A stretch of 64,000 bases of DNA from the NCBI GenBank assembly GCA_003971905.1, contig RSEE01000066.1, forward strand, positions 124,001 through 188,000, given 5' to 3'. Under the pieces are notes generated by a model. The model worked only from the letters and a program-made list of their open reading frames with translations, did not search any database and was not told the DNA's origin. Shown piece by piece: positions 52,612 to 64,000 of the stretch; position 1 is the stretch's first letter; each line of letters starts with the position of its first letter. The stretch is from Moniliella sp. 'wahieum' (taxonomy: Eukaryota). A program made the translations under genes and the position numbers.

Positions 52612-53920
52612 CGAACCAGCAGATGCAAAGTACCTTCGGATGAGTAGGGCTTGCTAAACCAACACCCTCAATCTCAACTTCCTTATTCGTTCCTTCGTCT
52701 CTGCCCCACTGCTGTTCTCGTACTGGCCTCGTTTCACCTTACGTATCTTCCCTCCACCTCATCTATTTTTCTCAACCTGAAGCCCCATCGGCTTCCCATC
52801 CACGCCCACCCTGCCTTTTCCTCTTACCCTGTCTTTTCAGGCCTTATACTCAAATTGTAGGGGGGGGGGCAACTAGCCATACACGGTCGGCCTACTTTGG
52901 CCCTCCCCCTAAGGACATTTTTGCGTTGATGCTGGTCAATGCCCACCTCTTCTTGCTTTGTACCATATCGGGTCTGTTTCTGCTGGTGCCATCGTTCGCG
53001 TCATCTCTTGGGCACCCATTTCAGTCTTCGCATAGAGTAGCAGCAGTGGGCGTGGCGCCTCCAACATTATCGAGCGCTTTCCTTTCTTTGAGCGGGTGGC
53101 CACGACGGGCGCATCCGAACCAGGGTTGGTCTTAGCATCCCGAAAGCTACTGGCTACTCTCATCTCGAACAGAAGTGGCCTAAGAAGGGGGGGATGTAGT
53201 ACATGGCAGAATGAATTGAATGACAAAGATGGATAAAGTGTGCACCAAGGTATTGCGCCCTCGTCATTGACTCCAAGCACAAAGGCTGGACAAGCTCGCG
53301 GACCGCACCAAACCACCGGCGCTCGTCCCAAGACTCTTGGGTCTCTGGCCAGCATGACGACCGGCAACAGTCATGGATGAGCGCAGACGCCCGAAAGCGA
53401 AAGGCCGATCTGATGAAGCGGTGCTTTTGGAAGGCCAGGTTCCGTCCTTTGGACGCTAAGCGTTAAGAAGAAAAGCACCCGCCGCACCCCCGCTGGCCCC
53501 CTTTTATAGTCGACCGGCCGATTTCCTTCTTGCTTCTTTTCAAATTTCAGCGTCAAGTACAGGGAAATGTGGCGGCACCGACCAACATTTAATTCCGCTC
53601 ACGGGGGTCTGAGATGACGGATGAGTCACCGGCCAGGTGAGGCACCATTTCCGCCCCCCTATAAGCTTTTGCACGAATCAATCTAACGCGTAGGATTAGG
53701 ACCGCTGACTTGCTCAGTACACTCATTCTGAGCGGCTCAGGGGCGGGGGCTGGTGGCGGCCGCTCGTGGTGCGATGGAGTGGCATGCACAGTCTCCCCTC
53801 TCCCAATCCGATCGCAGCCATAGTAGTCTCGTGAGTTGGTAGTGTGACGACAAGGTTGATGCAGTAGATGATGATCGAGGGGGGGCGAGGCGGTGGCCTC
53901 GTTAGCGATTATCGATATCC

Positions 53921-53978
53921 TTCAAGCTTCAAGCTCAAGCTTCAAGCTTCAAGCTTCATGCATCATGCTCTCAAGCTT
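53921..53978. repeat. (TTCAAGC)x~5 heptamer array merging into ATGCAT units
   Basis: TTCAAGCTTCAAGCTCAAGCTTCAAGCTTCAAGCTTCATGCATCATGC. Confidence 0.9.
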
Positions 53979-54636
53979 CGGTGCTTTAGCTGCTGCAGCG
54001 GCCCAACAGCGAGGGGTCCCAATCCAAAGTTCAGCAGACACCTCACGCTCCGAGATGCTCGAGCGAGCTCCCAGCTCCTGTGGATGTGGTACCAGCCAAC
54101 GTTCAAGTTGGACGTCGCGTTCAACTGAACACTGAACTTTCATCCGCGCCAGCTTCCCCACGTCAATTAATTACACAAGCGGCTATAAAACACAACACAT
54201 CGGTGACGGGATAGGTGACTGGCGGTGGCGATGCATGACAGGCGATGCATGATGCATGATGCTGCCTGTCCGAAGCGCTCAGCGCCCATCACTGCATCAC
54301 CTGCACAGTAGAGCACACCCGAACACACCTCGGCCGCCACCACCATCACCCCCTCGCCTTGTTGGCCATGCCCGGAGACGCCGCCATGCTTGCGCATGCT
54401 GCGCACACGCCCGACACACGCGCTGCCCTGCCGCTGCCAGATGCCTCCGCCATGAGCCCCAGCCCAGCCCAGCCCCAACCCCAACCCCAACCCCAACCCA
54501 GCAGCCTCCGCCAGCCACCCTCCTGTACCCCACCCTCGAGACTCTTTTTACGCTTCCCTTTGCCCTCCATCTTTGCCCGCCCCCGACGCTCTCCTATCGC
54601 ATTGACCGTCGTCCACGCCATGCGACGGCTCCCCGC

Positions 54637-57600
54637 ATGCCCTCCTTTCCCTCTCCGCCATCCTGCTCCCAACCCCATCGCCGTCTTCAAGCATCCGTCC
54701 GAAGGCGCACCCAACGCGACGCACGAACACCAGGACCAGTACACCAGCGTCTTCTCCTCAGGATCTGAGGATGAGCCCGATGTTTCTGATCCGTCCTTAG
54801 CACTTCACCCTCGCATCGTGCCCCCTTCCCTCGGTCGAGCTGGGGCCCCGCTGGAGCATCTTGCGCCAGTTTGGTCTGAAACACGCTCATGGGCTTGACA
54901 CCATCAGCCTCTTGCTTAAACATACAGATGCTTACCCAGCCATCTATGCGTTGGCAAGAGCTATTCGACTGCTTGACCGAGCATCACGGTCGCATGGCGC
55001 ATCGGCCACTGCTGCTTTAGAGACAATGGACCAGCTGACGAACCCATGCCCACGATGCGTCTTTTGCCACCTACGAGCCTTTTTTGACTCCCGTTGGACT
55101 CGGACGGGAACCTTATTACGCCTGCTCACCCGGGTGGTCAGACTCCTGGGACGGAAGCGGGGGGCGGAGGTGGCGCTCTGGGATATACCCCTCGTCGACG
55201 ACGCGTCCCACGGATCCATCACAAAGCGCCCTTGGCCCCACCCCATTTGGCACTCAAGCACATTGTGTCCATGTGATTGAAGCAAAGGGGTCGGCGCACA
55301 GCACAGTAATTCGTTTCCCCATCGCCTTGACTGCACAATGTCGGCTTAGCCCCACCCCCGCTGCGGTGGTGCTGCTCGCCAACGCCCAGGCCGGGATGCT
55401 CGCTCACCTCCTGGGAGAGGCAGAGGACGATACCAACCCGGTGCCTGGGAAATCACTCCCAGCGCTATGTCTGATTCAATCCCGGAGGATGCTTATGCTC
55501 GCCGTCGCAGCTGGATCTGCGACAACATCGGTCGCCTTTGCCGCCGCTGGCCACCTCGCTGTGCTCCTTTGATTCGAATCAGCCAATCTCTCCCACAGAC
55601 ATGCGCGGATTATCCGGTATGCCTGCTTGGGGCCTGGTTCCTGATGCCACTCCTCAGAGAGTGGCCTTGCCGTGGATCTGCCCCTCTTTCTAGGGAGGTG
55701 AGAAACCTGTTCGTCGCCAATCGATTTACGACAATTGCAGTGGTGGAAGTGGTGGCAGTGCGGGTTGCTACCCTCGGCCATGAACCCGACTTCACCGCCG
55801 CCTGGGCTGGCACCAAGGAGCGTCGTCCCTCTTTCTTCCAGCGTGTGTTGGACATTGGATGCGGCACAACACGTAGTTCGAGTTTTGTAACTGGCGCCCC
55901 TCCCCGCGCGAGGGCTCCGTTCGTCGTCGTGGCTGGTCCCAGTCCAAGTTCATGTCAATTCCGAGCCAGGCTTGGGCAGTCCATGGGAGAAGCCTAGTGC
56001 AGTCAACGATTTGAAGGCTCGGTCCCTGATACGGCGCACACCGATGTTTGGTCGGGTGGGGCGGCCGAGTGGGATGATGAAGCTGGGCCAGGTACTTTCC
56101 GATGCGACGGCGGCGGACGATGTACCGTTTGCTGAAGGGGATAACTTCTTTCCCCCTTCGTCGGAGCTGCAGCTGCTCATACGCTTCTCACGCCCACAAC
56201 TCTAGGAGAGACCCGTACACGAAGACCGAGAGGAGGGGAGAGGAGATGATGCCGCACGGGACTTGCTGGCCAAGCTGGCGGACGACCGGTGGCTTGAAGG
56301 CCCTCTGGATCCAAATCCCGTGTTGTTGCGGGGGCGTTGGGTGGGCGGTTGGGGGTGGGAGGGGGAGTGATGAACCTTTGCTATGGCCCTGGGAGCGAGC
56401 CGACTTTATGGGTGACTTTGTCGCCTGGGTCGGGCGGCCGCCATCCATCGGGCTGGGAGGAGGATCACGCGAAAATTATGCCTGGGCCCGCACCTTGCCT
56501 GCGCCACCTCCGCTCGACGAAAACGTATGCGCCTGCCCCGGATATTGCCCGACCCTCCCCCTCCCGAGGATACGAATGGGGAGACCATGTCGATTGACGC
56601 ATTGTATCGTGACATTGACCGACTCGATCCCGAGGCACGTATGGCGACTCGCAAGGGCAATCTGCTTCACACACGACAGCGGGAGGGGACGACGAAGGCC
56701 CTCGAAGCTGGCTCAAAAAAATTCGGGAGCGCGTCCACACGCACGACCCGGGGGGGACGAAACCTCTAGCACCTCATCCCATCCTACTGGAACAGAGGGC
56801 CAACCCGGCCTGACACGGTCTGCTTGGCGGCTCTGATGTGCTGCTTATGCCAAAGCGGAGGCTGTTGCTCAAGCGAGAACAAAACGACACGCACTTGGCA
56901 GAATGGATGGGCCTCTTCCAATCTCTGGCTGGTTGGGTAGAGGAGTATGAACGGGTCCGGATCCAAGCTGGTTTGGCTCCCGAGCTTCTTCCCAGCCGGG
57001 AGAACCTGACACCGAGTACCGAGACGCCCTCGTCAGCCCCATTGCTGCCCTCCCCTCGGCGCCGGGCGGGGAAGGCTCGGGTCCTCCGTTCCGGCAGCGC
57101 CTATTGTGGCCCCGGTTGAGTTGGATACCAACGTTATTTCCCCGGCATCCTCCATGACCTCACTGATCCCTCCAATGCGTCCGTCGACGACTGGGATGCC
57201 AGATCATCGTTTGCGGACGGGATCAGTTGACTGCTAAAACATATTTCCATCCCTCAGTACGTTCAACCCTTCCCCCCACCCCCTTCTGCTCCCACATTCA
57301 CCTGCTAACACGGACGCTCACAGGCTTGCTTACCAAGAGCTTGGAGCACCAAACCATGCAACTCACGAGCGGCACCTGGACCGCTCGCTCTGGGGGGAAC
57401 TTGAATACCTAGACATGTGTCTTCCACAACCCTGTGGTCGCGCATCGGTTCCTGGCCCACAGCTGCCGCCGTTCGGGCCGGACAAGCATTTTGTCCTCCC
57501 GATGCGCCTCCAGCGCCTACTGTGCAGCCCACTCATGCTCCAAAGCCCAGCATAGCACGCACCATCTCGTCTCGCCTCTGCACCTTGCCACCCATCCCCA

Positions 57601-57935
57601 TCCGCCGGTGGCACGTCCCACATGGCTGACGCAGGCAGTGAATCGGGCATCGCCGATGCACGTTCTTCCCTCGCTCGGACTGAGGATCGAAGCTCCTCGG
57701 CTGGTCCGAGTGGGGTGGATGGGGATGGGTCTGGGCCTGGGGACCCAGCTGACCTGGATGCGGATACCCGCCGGATCGGCGGCAGCTGACAGGGCCCGGG
57801 CCAACCTATGTCCCATGCCGACGCCCGAGGGCGTGTGGACCGCGCGCTCGTGGCGGGTCTGGCTGGTGTGCACGAGGGCCAGATTTGGTCCCGGCGGTGG
57901 CTTGGCAAGCGTGGTGGACACTGATCGCCATCTGA
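54637..57935 (+). CDS. Large hypothetical protein, heavily frameshifted; ends uncertain
   Basis: Coding-like blocks HTDAYPAIYALARAIRLLDRA, SIDALYRDIDRLDPEAR and EWMGLFQSLAGWVEEYERVR. No family recognised. Confidence 0.5.
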
Positions 57936-58806
57936 ATGGAGCGGATCGGTCCGGTCGGTCGTACGATTTACAGGTCAAGTCGTTGGAGGAACCGTTTGCG
58001 GCGTTGACCGATCCTAAAAGCTATATATCTAACTCGAGCATCTACGCGCTAAGCGCTAAGCTCCAAGCTCCAAGCTCTACCCCCTTCCTTTTCTCTTTGG
58101 TTCTGTATATCCACCCCATCTTTATGTGTTCAATGTAGATACACATTGTTCCCCTTTCATCGCCACTGTACTCATACTCGCCGGGCACTCTCATCCTTGC
58201 TCTTGGAACCGGCGAGGAAACGTGTGCCTGTGCTCGTAGGTCGCCGGTGATCGATATGATGTATGGTCACTCCCACTCCCCACTCGATCGCTTTTCCCTG
58301 TGACATGTGGGTGTGGTGAGGTGTGTAACATGTGAGGCCTGAGGTCAGGCCCCGGTCGGGCTCAGGCCTCAGGGGCATCTGATTGCGGCCAGTTGGCCAG
58401 CGCATCAATCTCAGGCTGAGATGAGAGAGTTTGGCGGTATGCCAACAAAAGTTTCAACGTCACAAGTGCAGCGAGCCACCTTGAGGGATGCGTTGAGCAT
58501 GCCCGGATGACCGGCTGGGTCTGCTCGTCCACGCGGGATCGCTCGAGGCGATGTTGATGTTGCTGCTCAGGAGCAGGCGGCAAGCGAAAGGACGCCAACG
58601 GGGCTGTCGACGGAAGAGGGACACTGACAATGGACAAGCGATGGACACGCGATTGGGGCGCGCGAACGGGGCGCGGCGAGGGGGCTGTGCTGCTGCCCTG
58701 GCGGGGCTAGGGTTATGCTCGCGCGCTGGGCGCTGGCTCCACTTCCAGTATACGACGGACAGCCGATCGATCATGATCGCTCTGCTCTGCCACCGCTCGC
58801 CACACC

Positions 58807-60687
58807 ATGGACACGACGAGCAGCTGTATCCCATTGCCGTGCTCATTGACGAGCTCAAGAGTGAGGACCTGGCTCTGCGTCTCAACGCCATCCAGCATAT
58901 CGGCACTATTGCCCTCGCCCTTGGCCCCAAGCGCACCCGCGACGAGCGCTCCCCTTCTCCAAGAGAGTCTCGATGACGAAGATCTGTTCTCCTCGCCCTA
59001 GCCGAGGAACTAAGCGTGCCTTTTGTCGACTACATTGGCGGTGCCGAGCATGCCCACCTGCTCTTCCCCATCCTCGAAAGCCTAGCTGGTGTGGAAGAGC
59101 GCCTGTGCGCGAAAGAGCGGCCGAGTCAATGGCGCAGCTGGTCTGCCTTCTCAACCTGGAGCAGCTCGAGCACTTATATCTCCTTGGTCCTCAACGCATC
59201 GAACGACTGGCTTGCCTCGCGCACCACTTCCACTGCCCTCATCCCCCGGCATACCCGCTCCTCGGCCCGAAGGACAGGCCCAGTTGCGCAAAGCGTTTGA
59301 GAAACTTTGCAACGACGACACGCCCATGGTGCGCCGTGCGCCCGCGACTTGATTGTACGCATCTCCTCCTGGCCTTTTTGCTTGTTTTTTCTTCCTCTGT
59401 TCTGGGAAACTCGAGGTTTCCCAGGACCCTCCTCGCTGCCGGCGTGACCCGAGGTGTGAGCTGACTGGTGCCACTTCGTTAGGGCCTGACCAAGGTAATG
59501 AACAAGCAAGAGGATTCTAACACGAAGCACTTCCGCTTTGCCGTCGTTATCGCGACGACCAGGACAGGTCCGGTTGTTGACACCAGAAAATGTGTGGCTA
59601 TCGCCGAGGCTCTCCCGAAAGAGGACGCCACGGCAGAACTCTTGCCCTCAGTTCGCAGCCCTGGCGAGCGAAAAGAGTTGGCGTGTGCGCTACGTGGCGG
59701 CAGAGCTGGTCAAGCTGAGCAAAGCCATGGTACAGAGATGGTCCATACGGAACTGGTGCAAGCGTTTGTGCGTTTGTGTTGCAGGACAGTGAGGCCGAAG
59801 TGCGCAACTCGGCTACGACTCAAATTCCGGGGATGGTGGAGCTGTTAGAGCCAAGAATGGTGCTGGCTCGGATTGTGCTCTGGTGCATGAGCGGAGGGGG
59901 ACGCTTCGGCCGCCGTGCGTACCACGCTGGCTCTCCAGGTCGCCGCGTTGGCCCCCAAGTTGGGCAAGGAAGGCACGATCGAGCACTTGTGCCCGTCTTT
60001 CTTGCGCTTCTCAAGGACGATGACGCGCAAGTTCGGCTCAACGTCATTTCCAAATTGGAAGAGGGTGAACGAGGTGATCGGGGGGAGCTCTTGTCCCAAT
60101 CTCTCTTGCCGGCGATTGTGGAGCTGGCAGAGGACAAGCAGTGGCGTGTGCGCCAGACGATCATCGAGTACATCCCTCTCCTCGCAAGCAATGGGCATGG
60201 CCTTTTGACGACCAGCTCGCCGCGCTCTGCATGAGCTGGCTCGCGGACCGGTCTTTCCGTCGGGAAGCCGCGACGATCAACCTGTGCAGACTGACGGAGG
60301 TGTTTGGGGTGCCTTGGTCCCAACGTACGATCCTGCCCGAAGTTATTAAGTGGCGCAGCACCGAATACCTCTCCGCCTAACCACCCTCTTTGCACTGTCG
60401 GCCATGGCAGAGGCGCTGGACAAAGCCACTCTGGCAGAAACTGTCGTACCCACCGTGATGCAGCTGCACACGACCCCATCCAAACATCCGGTTCAATGGC
60501 CCAAACGCTTCAGCGCCTCGCTCTCCTTCTCCTTTCCGAGCCCGACCCGCAAGCAGAGGCAGTCAAACGGTTGGTCCCGACGCTGACGGAGCGTAAGGAC
60601 GACAAGGATGCAGACGTGCGTTTCTTTGCCCAAAGGGCCCTCGAGGCTTGCCGGGTACGTACTGGAAGGGTGACAATGCCAAGGTAG
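58807..60687 (+). CDS. TPD3: PP2A scaffold (A) subunit, HEAT repeats; many indels; probable intron ~59354-59493
   Basis: [74 protein letters not shown]. Confidence 0.93.
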
Positions 60688-60751
60688 ATTGCAATTGTTG
60701 GTAAAGTGCGAATGTAGGGGAATGAGCGGGTCTGGTAGAGGAGAGAGGGAC

Positions 60752-60805
60752 AGATGAGATGAGATGAGATGAGATGAGAGAGAGATGAGATGAGATGAGA
60801 GAGAG
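60752..60805 (+). repeat. (GAGAT)n microsatellite between convergent genes
   Basis: Directly visible. Confidence 0.9.
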
Positions 60806-60870
60806 CAACGAAAAGAGGATTGGGGATAATGACAGGAGGCAAAAAAAGAGCGGAGAGAGCAGAAATTAGC

Positions 60871-63833
60871 TTAAACATCCGGACCAAGCACGTCGGAGAG
60901 CAACTGCGGATCTCGAGCTTCAGCGCTTGCCAGCCCCTCCCGCCCGTCCAACCACGGCAGCCCACAAAGAAACGGTGGGTGGCAACATGACGTGCCGGCG
61001 GACGCAAACTCGAGTCGAGTGCGAGGCATTGACGAATCAGATCGGCCACATCGCGCAGAGCACCCCCCCGTCTGGTGCTGTATGCTGGCTCGGCACGGCT
61101 TCCAGTGCCACGCGTTCGCACAGGGTGCACGCGGCCGAGTACCGTCCTCGAGCGCCTGAAGCGCCTCCTTTCCATTCCAAAACGGGCATTCCCGCAAATC
61201 AGAACGTATAACACCACCCCCAACGCCCAAACATCTTGCTGGGCCTTCGTACCTCTCGCCCCGAAGAATTTCCGGCGCGGCAAAATCCAACGTTCCGGAA
61301 AAGGTGTCAAAGCGTTTGCGTGGCAAGCGGGGAACGTGCGCGGCGGAGCCAAAGTCGATCAGTTGGGCATGGCCCGTAGGTGTGAGAATAACGTTTTCGT
61401 CCTTGATATCACGATGGACCATGCCCTGGGCATGAAGGAAGGCCAAGGCAGCCGCCACCTGGCCACCGATCCCACGCACCTGGTTGACACTCAAGCCCGT
61501 GGCCGACGCCTCGACAAAATCAAACACATCCTGGCCTTGACCAAACCGGTGCATAACCAAGTAATAAAAACTCGGCATCTTCAAAAAAGTCGAGCATGCG
61601 CACAATGCCTGGGTGGTGCATCGGGCCGGGTCCGTCCTGAGCTGGCCGGGGCTGAGCAAAGGCGGAAGCAGGCGTCTCGTGACGTTTGTCCGTTGGTTGG
61701 AGGTGAGGCAGAAGCACCTCTGGGGCCCAAGGGGGAAAGTGGGTGGGGGGATGGGATGATAGTCAATCCGACGCAGCTGCTCCATCACATGAATCTCGGT
61801 CGGAATGGTTCCCAAAACACGGTGCCGGCGCCAACAATCCGCCAAGATGCGGCTTTTGACAATCGACTTGATCACCACTGTCTCCCCTATAACGGGTGTG
61901 CCCTCTTGCGTCTTGGGGCGTTCCTCACCGCCGCACGGCTCTCGCAGCCGCGCAAGGTTGACCACCCCATACGCGCCCCGGCCAATTTCTTGAGCACCTC
62001 AAATCCCGGATCTTGCGCTTTTCCCCATTGGGAAGAGGCGAGTAGGGGATTGTAGGTCCATCCACTGCGGCCGGGAGTAGCTGGGGGACACGGCTTGGCC
62101 GAGGCCTCCTCCTCCACCTTAGATAGACCACGAGCCTTCGACAGACACACAGGTCGGTGGTGCCCGGCCGGAGGAGATAATGGCAGAGGCAAAGCACAAG
62201 AAGCAGAAGGGTTTTGCAATGCGAGGAATCGGCTGAGTTCACTAGTTGTGGGGTGCGTAGGACCATACCGCCCTCTGTGCACCGCTTGGCCCGGTCGGAG
62301 GAGACGACACGGGGAGAGTATCGGGTCAGCACATTCGGGGGGCAGCACGCCCAGGGTATTGGTCGGATCTTCAGCAACAGCTTGCTGCAGGCGAGCCAGC
62401 AGACGGTCAATGCTGAAGTGTCCGCGCCTCACCAAAGTCTCACTGGGGGGGGGGATGGGGTGTCGGACGGGGTGGATAGGGAGGAGGTTCGGTGGTCGGC
62501 CAGGGAGCTCCCCAGGCTTGGCACAACATGCCCCCATGGGGAGGCTGGGTTGCCCCCAATGGCGAAGAGGGGGAGTCGGGGTCCAATTCAAGAGGGCAGG
62601 GGCGAGGCGTCGTAGCCAAATTCGGGCGGGGTCCCGAACTGGAGGGTAGGATGCCCTGCTGCGACGAGGACCTGGTACGCTCCATTCTCTGCCAAAGGGT
62701 CTGAGTCAGGAAGCGCGCGCTGTGCCGGCGCCGAGGAAGGACCAGTGTCGGGTCAGCGGATGTAGTGGAACGGATTGCATCTAGAGCAGGAGAAAAGCCA
62801 GATTAGCATGCCAGATCACAAAAGGTCCTCACTGTCATGAGGAACGCACCCTGAAGAATCTGGCGTGAAGAGCTTGGCGCTGTAACCCGGGCCGCACTGG
62901 GCTGGATTGAAGGGGCTATGGGAAGTTCTGGTGAAAGGGGAGGGAGACGGAGGGCTGGCAGAGGATAGAGCTTGTCTTGTTCCCGTAGGGACAGACTGAG
63001 GGAGAGAAGGATCGCGGCCCATGGAACGAAAGGGTGCACACGCAGGCGAAGGGGCAGGAGTCGCAGGTGGTAAGGGTGGGGAGGAGAGCGGGGGCAGCGC
63101 GAGGGAGGGTGGAGAGGGGGGTGCAATCCGATTGAGCGCCGGCAAAGGAGATGGGCTCGGGGATGGGACGGGCAGGGCTTGCGAGCGTCGACTATTGGGC
63201 ACAGCAGTGGATTTGGGAGTCGCATTCAAACTTGGATTGGGTGTGTCCTGTCCCACATTGTGAGAAAGCTGGGCCCCAGGCGGGGGCTGGCCTGGTGGGC
63301 GCGGGGTGGTGAAAGGGCGGACGGAGCGGGCTGTTCAAGCGTGTCCCTCGATCTGGGCGGGAGGTCGAGAGAAGTGAGGGTGCGAGGGGACGGCAGCGGC
63401 GGGTGGAGAGGCGGGGAGGAGATGTCGACGTTGCCGTGGATGGTGCGTGGGGTGCCGATGCTCGCCACTCGTCCGAGCAGGGTGGAGGGAGTGGTGGGTG
63501 CGGATGCGGGGATGACGGCGGGCAAGATGTCGCTGGAGCGGCCAAAGCTGCGGACCGAGTAGCGCTGCTGCGGCTCGAGCGCGCCAGCGACGAGGGGTCG
63601 GGCACATGGGGCGGGGACGCGGGGTGCGGGGTGGAGGGGGCAACGGACCAAGGCGAGGGCGGGGCGGAGTAGACGATGTCAGGGTCGCGCCGGCGAGGGG
63701 GCGCAGTGGGGGTGCCGGCGCTGGCAGGCCGGTGCTTGCTGGCGGCGATGGGGCTGGCCGAGGAGGCGGTGCGGGCGGGGTGGGAGGGGCGGCGCTCGGG
63801 AAAGGCGGGGGGGCCTATCCGTTCGAGCGGCAT
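60871..63833 (-). CDS. Ser/Thr kinase, PASK/Psk-like catalytic domain with a long low-complexity N-terminus; frameshifted
   Basis: RGAYGVV, VVIKSIVKSRILADCWRRHRVLGTIPTEIHVM, HPGIVRMLDFFED, HRDIKDEN, IDFGSAA, GTLDFAAPE, DVWALGV. Confidence 0.88.
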
Positions 63834-64000
63834 GCCAGCACGACGGAGGAGGTGGGGGGGAGGAGGGGGGGAAAGGAGAAGAGGAGGACGAAAAGGGGGG
63901 AGGAGAGGAGGACGAAAAAGGAGGGGAAAACAGAGGATAGGGCGACGTGCTGGCCAGTTTCTGCCCCAGGCTTCGGGCTGCGGTGTGTGTGAACATGCAA

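Overview
GC-rich eukaryotic (fungal) genomic DNA. Short GT-AG introns with CTRAC branch points and the protein sequences suggest a basidiomycete, probably Ustilaginomycotina; this rests on recalled similarity, not a search. It is a compact housekeeping region with about 26 protein-coding genes and one intron-containing tRNA-Ala(CGC). Recognised genes: copper amine oxidase (partial), D-2-hydroxyacid dehydrogenase, CsbD/Hmp1-like protein, phosphoglucomutase, Zn2Cys6 transcription factor, LysM protein, PRA1, Rot1, SCP2, Sfm1, UPF0390, a methyltransferase, Ysh1, Ubc4, Lunapark, Nse3, Dbp6, a RhoGEF, the PP2A A subunit and a PASK-type kinase. Most genes carry 1-nt frameshifts, including essential ones, which most likely reflects an unpolished long-read assembly, so gene boundaries are approximate. 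Three observations stand out. (1) One gene joins an intact HAD pyrimidine-5'-nucleotidase-like domain in frame to an F-box, with WD40 repeats following. (2) Intergenic 7-bp-period arrays recur, each built from a different 4-bp palindrome plus a T-N-A linker. (3) A ~565-nt element with long nested end-to-end pairing sits in a gene-free island and is a candidate structured ncRNA.
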